Assembly (NCBI GenBank): GCA_051531975.1
Contig: JAOPTT010000002.1
Coordinates: 569,968-633,967, forward strand
DNA length: 64,000 nt
Direction of reading: 5' to 3'
Origin: Spirochaetaceae bacterium
Lineage (GTDB): Bacteria; Spirochaetota; Spirochaetia; DSM-2461
How positions within the stretch are numbered: position 1 is the first letter of the stretch; each line of letters begins with the position of its first letter. Of this stretch, positions 1-8,931 are shown piece after piece. The notes under the pieces are model-generated. The model worked only from the letters and a program-made list of their open reading frames with translations, was not told the DNA's origin and ran no database searches. The translations under genes were made by a program, and so were the position numbers.

Positions 1-1
1 G

Positions 2-124
2 GTAAGTACTGTAATCCCAACTAAAGATATGAATGTACATAAATTGATGGACTCAGCGGACAAAGGCCTTTATCGTGCTAAAGAGAGTGGTAGAAATAAA
101 GTTGAGAGTCAAAATATTAAATAA
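2..124 (+). CDS. 3' end of a GGDEF-domain (diguanylate cyclase) protein, truncated by the window edge
   Basis: Manual translation VSTVIPTKDMNVHKLMDSADKGLYRAKESGRNKV...* matches the GGDEF C-terminal ADxALYxAKxxGRN motif. Confidence 0.85.
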   Translation, partial: VSTVIPTKDMNVHKLMDSADKGLYRAKESGRNKVESQNIK

Positions 125-152
125 TTGACAATTATTTCCAAAGTGATATCCT
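125..152 (+). promoter_or_regulatory. Putative sigma70 promoter of the PAS kinase gene
   Basis: TTGACA (125-130), 16-bp spacer, TGn-TATCCT (147-152). Confidence 0.4.
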
Positions 153-215
153 TATGTATATATCTCAATACTATTCTGCAAGATATTACTAAAACATCGA
201 CAGTAAGGAAAGATC

Positions 216-2870
216 ATGAAAAGCACAATTCCAGATTCTGAAACAACTGAAAAACTAAATCTTAAAAACAATGATCGCTTGGAGAATGTACTTCGTTGCT
301 TAGAAACAGGTGCTTGGGAAATGGATTTAGAATCAAATCTGGTATGGCGTTCATTGCAACTCGACAAAATATTTGGGTATACCGAACCTATAAAAGAGTG
401 GACTTTCAACATATTTATTGGGCATGTTGTCGACGAAGATAGAGACATGGTAAATAAAATATTTAGAAAATCTATTTCAGAAATAACAGATTGTAAATTC
501 GAATGCAGAATTAATAAAGTAGATGGAAATATTTGTTGGATATTGGTAAAGGGAAGTCATGAGGTAATCAAAAATAAAAAACCAAATAAGATGTTTGGTA
601 TCGTCCAGGATATCACCGAAAAAAAGATTACAGAAGAGAAAACACAAGCTACAGAGGCCAATTTAAAGAGTACTTTTGATCTATCCCCAAGTATTATTTG
701 CAAAGCAAATTTAAAGACTGGATATTTTGTTGAAGCAAATCAAGCAGTAACCAGAATTCTTGGTTATTCTGTGGAAGAATTTACATCTAGGCCATTTATT
801 GAATTTATTCATCCAGAGGATCAACAAAAATCAACTGATGAAAAGATTGAACAAATAAATGGTAAGGAAGTTACTTTCTTTGAAAATCGCTATTTATGTA
901 CTAATGGCTCTTATACTTGGATGGCATGGCATGGTACAAAAGCAGATAAAAATGGGATTGTAAATGCTATTGGAACTGAAATTACCGACCGAAAACACTT
1001 CGAAGAAGCTTTAAAAGAGAGTGAAGAGCGGTTCAGGACCATTTCTGAAAATGCACCTGGGTTAATAAACTCATTCGATGCAGATGGTAAATGTCTGTTT
1101 TGGAATAAACAATGTCAAAAAACCTTTGGGTGGACTTTAGAGGAGATTAACCAACATGATTCTGCAATGCCACTATTCTATCCAGACCCTACCATTTGTG
1201 AAGAGGTATTAAACAGTTTTATTAATGAAAAAGACGGAATTTTTAAGGAGTGGCATCCGGTTACGAAAGATGGAAATATACTCAGTATAATGTGGGCAAA
1301 CTTCAGTCTACCTAACGGTCAAGTATTTAGTATGGGACATGACATCACAGAGCGTAAACAGACAGAAGAGTCCCTAATTAAATTAAAAACTGCAATTGAA
1401 ATATCAGAAGTTAACGTAATAATTACAAATAATGAGGGTCTCATTGAATATGCCAATCCATATTTCACAAAATTAACAGGTTATTCCCTTTCAGAAGTTA
1501 TAGGGAAAAATCCTCGGATATTAAATTCTGGTTTTCATCCTAAGGAGTTTTATGAAGATATGTGGAGTACTGTTAATTCAGGACAAACTTGGGAAGGAGA
1601 ATTTCGTAATCGGAAAAAGAATGGGGATTTATATTGGGAGAAAGCTATTATTTCCCCAATTCAAAATGAGACTAAGATTATAACTAATTATGTAGCAATT
1701 AAAACAGATATTTCAGAAGACAAGAAGATAGAAGAACAATTAAGACAATCTCAGAAAATGGAAGCTATAGGACAGCTTGCTGGAGGCATTGCCCATGATT
1801 TTAATAATATGTTAACAGGAATAATGGGTTGTGCCGAAATAATTTCTACACAAGTAGCTGATGATCAAGAATTAAGCAAATTTGTAGATTTAATAATGGA
1901 TACATCAATGCAAGCTGCAGAGTTAACTAAAAAATTATTATCATTTTCTAGAAATGTAACACCAGTTAATAAGATTTTTGATATTCATGAAGCTATAGCA
2001 AAAACATCCTCTATGTTAGAAAGAAGTATAGATAAATCAATTTTAATAAAATCTAAATTAAATGCAAATAACTCTATGATAAATGGAGATCAATCTTTAA
2101 TAGAAACTTCACTTCTGAATTTAGGGATTAACGCCAGAGATGTAATGCCTAAAGGTGGAGAGTTAACATTTGTAACAAAGGATATTAGTTTTAATGAATC
2201 AAATAAAAGTCCAGACTTGAACATCGTTAATGGTGAATACATAGAAATTGATGTACAAGATACAGGTCTTGGAATGACAAAAGAAGTTCAAGAACGTATA
2301 TTTGAACCATTTTATACAACAAAAAAAATAGGTAAAGGAACTGGGTTAGGCCTTTCCATTGTATATAATACAATAAAAGAAAACAGTGGTTTTATTCATA
2401 TTTACAGTGAAATTGGATATGGATCAATGTTTAAAATATATTTTCCTGTAATAAAAGATGATTCTATAATTAAAGAAAGTCAGAGTCAAAAAATATTACA
2501 TGGAAGTGGCACAGTCTTAGTAGTCGATGATGAAAATATAGTAAGACTGGTTAGTTCTCAGATGTTAAGTGAATTAGGATACGATGTCTTAGTTGCAGCC
2601 GAAGGTGAAGAGTGTATCGATATATATAAAGAAAAAGAATCAAGTATAGATCTTGTTATTCTTGATATGATAATGCCAAAGATGAATGGTAAGGATGTCT
2701 TTTATAAACTAAAATCGATAAATCCGGAGGTTAAGATAATAATTTGCTCTGGATTTTCCATGGATATCAGCATAGAAAAACTTTTTGATGATGGTCTAGC
2801 AGGTTTTATACAAAAGCCTTATAAGAAACTCGATCTTTCTAGGACGGTTTCAGAAATACTAAACAGATAA
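216..2870 (+). CDS. Cytoplasmic multi-PAS hybrid sensor histidine kinase (about 4 PAS, HisKA, HATPase, REC)
   Basis: PAS ends DITE(R/K)K; H-box GGIAHDFNN; G-boxes DTGLGM, FEPFYTTK, GTGLGL; REC VVDDE, LDMIMP, KP. Confidence 0.95.
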   Translation: MKSTIPDSETTEKLNLKNNDRLENVLRCLETGAWEMDLESNLVWRSLQLDKIFGYTEPIKEWTFNIFIGHVVDEDRDMVNKIFRKSISEITDCKFECRINKVDGNICWILVKGSHEVIKNKKPNKMFGIVQDITEKKITEEKTQATEANLKSTFDLSPSIICKANLKTGYFVEANQAVTRILGYSVEEFTSRPFIEFIHPEDQQKSTDEKIEQINGKEVTFFENRYLCTNGSYTWMAWHGTKADKNGIVNAIGTEITDRKHFEEALKESEERFRTISENAPGLINSFDADGKCLFWNKQCQKTFGWTLEEINQHDSAMPLFYPDPTICEEVLNSFINEKDGIFKEWHPVTKDGNILSIMWANFSLPNGQVFSMGHDITERKQTEESLIKLKTAIEISEVNVIITNNEGLIEYANPYFTKLTGYSLSEVIGKNPRILNSGFHPKEFYEDMWSTVNSGQTWEGEFRNRKKNGDLYWEKAIISPIQNETKIITNYVAIKTDISEDKKIEEQLRQSQKMEAIGQLAGGIAHDFNNMLTGIMGCAEIISTQVADDQELSKFVDLIMDTSMQAAELTKKLLSFSRNVTPVNKIFDIHEAIAKTSSMLERSIDKSILIKSKLNANNSMINGDQSLIETSLLNLGINARDVMPKGGELTFVTKDISFNESNKSPDLNIVNGEYIEIDVQDTGLGMTKEVQERIFEPFYTTKKIGKGTGLGLSIVYNTIKENSGFIHIYSEIGYGSMFKIYFPVIKDDSIIKESQSQKILHGSGTVLVVDDENIVRLVSSQMLSELGYDVLVAAEGEECIDIYKEKESSIDLVILDMIMPKMNGKDVFYKLKSINPEVKIIICSGFSMDISIEKLFDDGLAGFIQKPYKKLDLSRTVSEILNR

Positions 2871-2913
2871 TAAACAATGTTCTAATGATGTTGCTTATCT
2901 TTTAAAGAACTAA

Positions 2914-3678
2914 TTACATCTTTTTGAATTTATTAAATAGTGAGTTTACTACAATTTTTTTTATCTCATCTGTAATTGTTAATTTTTCATACTCTTCATT
3001 TAGGTTAAGGTTATTTACTAATTCAATTAACTCATCTTTTGTAATAATGTTATTATCCCCTAACATATAAAGGGAACTAAAGACATTTATTAAAGAATCT
3101 GCGTCTATAAATAAAAAATTACTATAATAGTTTTTAAGAAATATTATTCTACGTAATTTACGATCTTCCTCACTGATTATTTGTTTATCATACATAAGAT
3201 CTAGCCTATTGATATGTGGTGTTACCATATCAATTACAATTTCAGGGTTTTTCAACTCCATCCTATTTGCCTTAAATACTTTTTTATTTTTTTTACAAAA
3301 AGAACCAATTTTTTGATCTTCATCTAATATATGGGTATTTAACCAAGTAAAAAGTAGGTCATGGAACTCAATAACTGTATAATTTTGATCATTTTTTATT
3401 TTTATTAAAACAGTTTGTAATTGTTTAATAAAATTTTTATGACTCTTCCTTTGGTTATCTAATCCAGGGTAAGAAATTTCATTCATTAATGCCTCTTCTG
3501 CATCAAAATGAAAACTTGTGTAGTTAATTAAATATTTTAATATATATCCAAATTCCTTAATTGTGTTAATTTTTTTATCAGAAATTGTAGTATTAAATGT
3601 ATCAATCATCTCAACTAAAACTTTATGTTGATTATCTATCTCTTCAACACCTATTTCATACTCATCTTTCCATTTCAT
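2914..3678 (-). CDS. Bacteriohemerythrin-domain protein with ~125-aa C-terminal extension
   Basis: W...IGVEEIDNQH, HFDAEE, HILDED motifs; start moved to ATG 3678 behind a GAGG RBS. Confidence 0.85.
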   Translation of the reverse strand: MKWKDEYEIGVEEIDNQHKVLVEMIDTFNTTISDKKINTIKEFGYILKYLINYTSFHFDAEEALMNEISYPGLDNQRKSHKNFIKQLQTVLIKIKNDQNYTVIEFHDLLFTWLNTHILDEDQKIGSFCKKNKKVFKANRMELKNPEIVIDMVTPHINRLDLMYDKQIISEEDRKLRRIIFLKNYYSNFLFIDADSLINVFSSLYMLGDNNIITKDELIELVNNLNLNEEYEKLTITDEIKKIVVNSLFNKFKKM

Positions 3679-3713
3679 AAGAACCTCTATACACAATTAG
3701 TAACATATTAAAA

Positions 3714-6305
3714 TCAATTATTCATAACCTCTACCAGTAACTGACTCAATTCATAATTTTTAAATGGTTTAGAAAGAAATCCTAAGACTCCTGATTTTTT
3801 TAGTTCGCTAATATGTTCATTTTTTGTGAAACCTGACGAGATTATGACATTACAGCTTGTATCAATCTCTTTCATCTTATAGAAGGCTTCCCTACCATTA
3901 ACTTCAGGCATAATCATATCCATAATAACAAGATCTATTTTAGCGTATTGTCTTTGGAAAATATCTATAGCGATCTGGCCATTTTCTGCTAAAATAACAT
4001 CATAACCTAACTCTTTTAGCATCTCTTTACATGTGATTCTTATTAGTTCCTCATCGTCCACTAATAGTATTGTTCCTTTTCCAGTAAATATAATTTCCGG
4101 TTTCTTTATAGGTTCAATGTTATAATGTGAACATGGAATCATAATATGAAATGATGTACCTAAATCTATCTCAGTAACAACAGTTATAGCACCACGATGA
4201 TCCTGTACAGTTCCATAAACAGCCGATAAACCCAGTCCTGACCCTTTGCCCTGTTCTTTAGTAGTAAAAAACGGTTCATATATTTTGTCTAGATACTCTA
4301 GAGGAATTCCGGTACCATTATCATTAATTTCAATTTCGCAATATTCCCCAGGTTCAATATCAAAAGAGCTGGTTTTACAGTAATTTTGATCTAGGGTAAT
4401 ATTATTAGTTGTGATCCGGATATCTCCCCCATTTGGAAGAGCATGGCTTGAATTGATACATAAATTTAAAATAGCATTTTGTAATGCTGAACTATCACCA
4501 ATAATATTGCTTCTATCTGATCTATTTTCAACAATAATATTAATTTTTTTATCAATAGTACTTTTAAGGATTTCTGTTGTTTCGTCAATTATATTATGAA
4601 GGTCCACAGCTGTTGAAGCAATATGACCTTTTCTTCCAAATATAAGAAGTTTAGATATTAAGTCAGCTGCTCGGATTGAGGCCTGTATAATAATATCTAC
4701 AAATTTAAGTCCTCTTTCATCTAGATTTCTTTTAGGGGATTTAAGGACCTCTGCCGAATTAACAATGCCTCCCAATACATTGTTAAAATCATGAGCCATT
4801 CCTCCAGCAAGTTGCCCTATAGCATCCATTCGATTTTTATGATTTAACTGTTCCTGAATCTCAAGCTTTTTTGTTACATCAAGAATCTGTATTACAGCTC
4901 CTTCTTCACCTCCCTTAAAAAGAGGATAAATAAGTATATCAAAGTATTTTGTTTTATTTTCGAGCTCAATAGATTTACTATTTTCTCTAATGACAATATG
5001 TGTTTTTATACTATCAATTATTTTATCTAAGTCTAATTTCATAAATGGAATTGCATATTTTAGAGATTTACCTTTAACTTCCTCTGCTAACTTAGATGTA
5101 ATAGTTTCTGCTGTCTGGTTCCACTGGGTTATCCTACCGTGTTTATCCACTCCTATTAAAATTGAGGGCATTGAATTAATTATACTTTGGATATATATTT
5201 GCAACTTTTTTTCATCGACCATACTCATTTCTAGGGAATGGTAGAGGCTTATGATCTTATCTTCTCTTTTTTTAATATTGTTAACCATTAATTGAAAGTT
5301 TTCGGCCAGAAGGTTAAATTCAGTGAAACGTTCAGATCTAAAAGACATTTTATAATTACCTGAAGAGACTACTTCGGTTAGTTTTATGAACTGTGTTAAT
5401 TCAGAAAATATAGATTTAAGTCTTAACTGAAAGATCAAAACTCCCAATAATAGTAGGATAAGTACAACTATTATTGCAATCACATTAATTCTGATTATTG
5501 GAGAATATATTAAACTCATAGGATAGTAAATGATTATTTTCCACCCCGTCTCTCTTATATTATTAACTGTAACTAGATATTCTTTTCCAAGAAGTTCTTT
5601 CTGTGCGGTTACTGGATTATTACTGGTTATACTCGATAGATATTTGTAGTTCTTATCATATTCCCTTCGTAAAACTCTCTGATTATCAGAATGTGCTATA
5701 AATGTCCCATTGTTATCAATTATCTCAATTTCAGCAGTTTCATCAAGCTCTAAATTTCTTATTAAATCATTAAAAGTTGAATATACTATGGTACAGGATA
5801 GAACTCCATTATGTATTGGTAATGATAAATCAACAGTAGGTAGATATATCTGCTCAGAAAGATATACGTTTGACCAGTAGGATTTTCCTGTTTCATTTGG
5901 AATTTTAAATTGTGGCTTATTTGCAAGGCTATTCCCTAATAAATTGTTATTTATAGGGGAGACTATCTTTATGCTGGAATCATTATTAATTATCATAACC
6001 TGATTAAAAATCTCATAACTTGAAACCAGGTTATCTAATTTTATTTGGATGGCCTGGTTTGAAAGATCCTTTTCAGTTTCTAAAACCTTTTTTGTATATA
6101 GTAGATTCTCAATTGTATTATCTAATGTTTCTTCAATTTTAGATGACAATATTTTAGATATTATTTCATTATGTTTTATCGCATCTTTTTTTAGATAGTC
6201 TGAATAATATAAAAGAGAGAATAATTCTAAGATGATTACAGGAATCATGACAGCAAGTGTAAAGCTGACCATGAATTCCTTTTTAAGTTCTTTATGTCTC
6301 CGCAT
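3714..6305 (-). CDS. Membrane hybrid histidine kinase (dCache-like, HAMP, PAS, HisKA, HATPase, REC)
   Basis: Two TM segments around a Cache-like region (GTFIAH...TGWKII); [10 protein letters not shown]-box; REC domain. Confidence 0.93.
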   Translation of the reverse strand: MRRHKELKKEFMVSFTLAVMIPVIILELFSLLYYSDYLKKDAIKHNEIISKILSSKIEETLDNTIENLLYTKKVLETEKDLSNQAIQIKLDNLVSSYEIFNQVMIINNDSSIKIVSPINNNLLGNSLANKPQFKIPNETGKSYWSNVYLSEQIYLPTVDLSLPIHNGVLSCTIVYSTFNDLIRNLELDETAEIEIIDNNGTFIAHSDNQRVLRREYDKNYKYLSSITSNNPVTAQKELLGKEYLVTVNNIRETGWKIIIYYPMSLIYSPIIRINVIAIIVVLILLLLGVLIFQLRLKSIFSELTQFIKLTEVVSSGNYKMSFRSERFTEFNLLAENFQLMVNNIKKREDKIISLYHSLEMSMVDEKKLQIYIQSIINSMPSILIGVDKHGRITQWNQTAETITSKLAEEVKGKSLKYAIPFMKLDLDKIIDSIKTHIVIRENSKSIELENKTKYFDILIYPLFKGGEEGAVIQILDVTKKLEIQEQLNHKNRMDAIGQLAGGMAHDFNNVLGGIVNSAEVLKSPKRNLDERGLKFVDIIIQASIRAADLISKLLIFGRKGHIASTAVDLHNIIDETTEILKSTIDKKINIIVENRSDRSNIIGDSSALQNAILNLCINSSHALPNGGDIRITTNNITLDQNYCKTSSFDIEPGEYCEIEINDNGTGIPLEYLDKIYEPFFTTKEQGKGSGLGLSAVYGTVQDHRGAITVVTEIDLGTSFHIMIPCSHYNIEPIKKPEIIFTGKGTILLVDDEELIRITCKEMLKELGYDVILAENGQIAIDIFQRQYAKIDLVIMDMIMPEVNGREAFYKMKEIDTSCNVIISSGFTKNEHISELKKSGVLGFLSKPFKNYELSQLLVEVMNN

Positions 6306-6326
6306 AAATTATGATAACACATAAAA

Positions 6327-7424
6327 TCATCTGAATTCACCATCAATAATACTGTAAATATCATTTTCTATGATAATGTCTCCATAATTATTAAATCGTA
6401 GATCTCTTTCCAACCCAAAGAAGAGTTCTTTCTCTAATATAGTATCTTTAACTGATTCAGGATTTTGCTTATCACTGTTCTCTAGACCACTAATTAGGAT
6501 CTGAACTGCATCATATGCTAGTGAACCAAGAAATGAAGGATCTATATTAAACATATTATGATACTCTGATTTAAAAGTTTTAAAGGACTTACTTACTTCT
6601 TTACGTTTTTTTTCTAGAACTATATATAAACCTTCAACAGCTTCCCCACCATTTATAATTAGATCATTTGACATAGCCCAAGTGCCACAGTAATAATCTA
6701 TGTCAGGGTTCAGTTTCCAAATAAGTTGAGCTAATGAGGCTGTATCTATAGCATTGGTTGCAAAAAGTACTCCATCAGCTCCAGACTGTACTATCTGCTC
6801 TGATATCTTTTCAAATGAAAGAGATGAGTCTTCACCAATAGTAAGTGCAACACCTACTGTTCCACCTAAACTACTAAATTCTTCAGAAAAATATTGATAA
6901 AGAGTTTCCGTATAACTTTTATTTCCCATATCATATACCACTGCAATATTTTTTTTACCCTGGGAGCTAGCCATTTTTGCAAGAGAATTTGCTTGCCCTC
7001 TATTAGTTGGGACACCTCTTAGGAAGTTATCATCTCTATCGCTTAAATAGGTTGTACTCATTGATGGTGAAATCATTAATACATCTTTATCTTTAATAGT
7101 TTCCAAGGCTGTCTCTGCCAGACTGCTCATTAATGGACCTATAATAAAATGAACATCATCTGCTAATAATTCATTAATAACTGCTTCGGCTTTTTTAGGG
7201 TCATTTGCATCATCTTTAATTATCAGTTCAACATCTTTACCGTTTAAACCTCCACTTGAATTTAATTGTTCAATTGCAAGTTCTACAGCATTTCTAGCAT
7301 CAATACCAAGCTCAGATCTACCACCAGTTAAGGTTCCCACATAACCAACCTTCACAGGTTTGGACCCATTACAGGATAAAAAAGTTAAAAGAACTAAAGT
7401 GAATATAATAATATAATTTTTCAT
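6327..7424 (-). CDS. LivJ/LivK-type (branched-chain amino acid family) substrate-binding lipoprotein, with no adjacent transporter
   Basis: Lipobox FLSC; N-terminal VKVGYVGTLTG; LNSSGGLNGKDVELIIKDD; AYDAV motif. Confidence 0.9.
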   Translation of the reverse strand: MKNYIIIFTLVLLTFLSCNGSKPVKVGYVGTLTGGRSELGIDARNAVELAIEQLNSSGGLNGKDVELIIKDDANDPKKAEAVINELLADDVHFIIGPLMSSLAETALETIKDKDVLMISPSMSTTYLSDRDDNFLRGVPTNRGQANSLAKMASSQGKKNIAVVYDMGNKSYTETLYQYFSEEFSSLGGTVGVALTIGEDSSLSFEKISEQIVQSGADGVLFATNAIDTASLAQLIWKLNPDIDYYCGTWAMSNDLIINGGEAVEGLYIVLEKKRKEVSKSFKTFKSEYHNMFNIDPSFLGSLAYDAVQILISGLENSDKQNPESVKDTILEKELFFGLERDLRFNNYGDIIIENDIYSIIDGEFR

Positions 7425-7459
7425 AAAATGCTCCTTAAATTAAAGCATAGTTCTACTAG

Positions 7460-7505
7460 TCATACAGTGCAAATTAAAGTCGCTAATTTAATTTGCATTG
7501 TATGA
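7460..7505 (-). terminator. Long hairpin ending the first MalT-like module transcript
   Basis: TCATACAGTGCAAATTAAA / TTTAATTTGCATTGTATGA, 19-bp arms with one mismatch, just past the stop at 7511. Confidence 0.65.
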
Positions 7506-7510
7506 TATTA

Positions 7511-7936
7511 TTAATTATTTGAAGTTTTATCATTTTCTATTTTTGGCCAGTTCCATGCAAAATAAATAATCAACAAAGCAAGAATAAGCTCCACGACGCC
7601 ATAAAAAATGTAATAGGCCCATGTCTCTCCTATCATATTTCCTATATTAACCAACGCGTATAAAGCTCCAAAAATAATGTTCAACAATCTATTGATATTT
7701 GATTTTAAGATAATTGATAACAATACCATTAACCCTGGAATCATCATTAATAAAGAAGCAATAAAAAGAGAAGTCTGAGTCACGGGGAAGGGTCCCATAA
7801 AACCATCTATAATTGATTCTAAATGTCCTGGTCGCATAAAGCTAAAAATATCACAATAAATATATAACAGCATCATAGATCCCCAGATTGCCGCTAACTG
7901 CACTTTAATATTAATTTTTGTATTCTCTCGTTTCAT
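7511..7936 (-). CDS. Four-TM membrane protein, DUF6326-like
   Basis: LAAIW...MLLYIYCDIF...PG motif, four hydrophobic segments, C-terminal AWNWPK; GAGG RBS before ATG 7936. Confidence 0.75.
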   Translation of the reverse strand: MKRENTKINIKVQLAAIWGSMMLLYIYCDIFSFMRPGHLESIIDGFMGPFPVTQTSLFIASLLMMIPGLMVLLSIILKSNINRLLNIIFGALYALVNIGNMIGETWAYYIFYGVVELILALLIIYFAWNWPKIENDKTSNN

Positions 7937-7962
7937 TTTACACCTCAATTGTTTTTAATTTT

Positions 7963-8598
7963 TCAAATTTTTGCTAAAGAGACTATTTGCCTCACTATCT
8001 CTGCAGGAACTTCCGGGAAAGACATTTTAATTAACCAGTTTGGAACGTTAACAACTGGAGAAATCAGAGCTGAAACTATAATCTCAACTAGTCCATCTTC
8101 CAATTCTTTGAACTCAAAACTTGTTTTATACCTTGTTAACCTTACTTCCTGACTAGTTTCATAATCATAGGAGATAGAACTTAATTTAATTATAGCTCTA
8201 CCTTCGCTAATATTCTCATCTATTTCCATTTTTAATACACAGTCTGTACTTGGAAAAGGCCATTCAGCATCGGAAGAATAATATACTACCCACTCTGTAT
8301 TAGAAACAATATCTAAAACTTTACTTTCATCTTCCTGCATTAACAATTTATGATTATTAACATCTTTTATAACACTAATACAATCTTCGAAGTCTACTTC
8401 TACTGTAGTCGTTATTACATATTCTATTAGTTGAATAACTTCTCCTTCACTGTTTTTCTCTTTACTAACTGAACTTTTTACAATAATTCCATCTTTTTTG
8501 GTTTTTTGGAGTTTCCAATTACCAGTTTCTCCTATTAAATTTCCATTTATTACAACAAAAACTATAAGAAGAAACACAATACGTATTTTACATTTCAT
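7963..8598 (-). CDS. Secreted START/SRPBCC-like (lipid-binding fold) protein
   Basis: Signal peptide; WKLQKTKKDGIIV, WPFPSTDCV and VPNWLI resemble START-domain motifs. Confidence 0.65.
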   Translation of the reverse strand: MKCKIRIVFLLIVFVVINGNLIGETGNWKLQKTKKDGIIVKSSVSKEKNSEGEVIQLIEYVITTTVEVDFEDCISVIKDVNNHKLLMQEDESKVLDIVSNTEWVVYYSSDAEWPFPSTDCVLKMEIDENISEGRAIIKLSSISYDYETSQEVRLTRYKTSFEFKELEDGLVEIIVSALISPVVNVPNWLIKMSFPEVPAEIVRQIVSLAKI

Positions 8599-8815
8599 TC
8601 CTTTCTACTCCTTCCTCATTAATTTTTAAAGAAATTAAAGTTATTCCTAAATCACGAATCTTAGTAAGAATCCCAAAAAGCGCCGCCTGATCAACCATGG
8701 GGGTTCTAAGTAACGAGATCCCTGATCTCTTTAACTCAATTTTTTGAACTATGTCATTAGCTATTCCCTGGGATAAATGACCTTTAATCGTGATTTCATA
8801 TACCTTTTCTTCCAC
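8588..8815 (-). CDS. Small conserved protein, possibly ACT/ferredoxin-like; paralogue of 16682..16900
   Basis: YEITIKGHL...DQAALFGILTKIRDLGITLISL; GTG start with AGGAG RBS. Confidence 0.8.
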   Translation of the reverse strand: MEEKVYEITIKGHLSQGIANDIVQKIELKRSGISLLRTPMVDQAALFGILTKIRDLGITLISLKINEEGVERNEM

Positions 8816-8892
8816 GTTATCTCCTTATCTAGCAATTGGTATTGCTGATGAAAGTTAAGTAGAGTTTGGAATATTGAAGATTAATCTCATAG

Positions 8893-8910
8893 GTACTAAA
8901 GTACTGTTTT
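8893..8910. promoter_or_regulatory. Putative operator palindrome, copy 1
   Basis: GTACT-AA-AGTAC followed by TGTTT; an equivalent motif lies at 16956. Confidence 0.5.
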
Positions 8911-8931
8911 ACATTTTTTATATAATTAACT

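Noticed and set aside
152..448. Short antisense or overlapping ORFs in the track (e.g. 152..448, 4411..4599, 9452..9757, 19780..20052, 52025..52507, 58821..59237)
   Set aside because: They lie opposite or inside well-supported genes and have no recognisable motifs; treated as shadow ORFs
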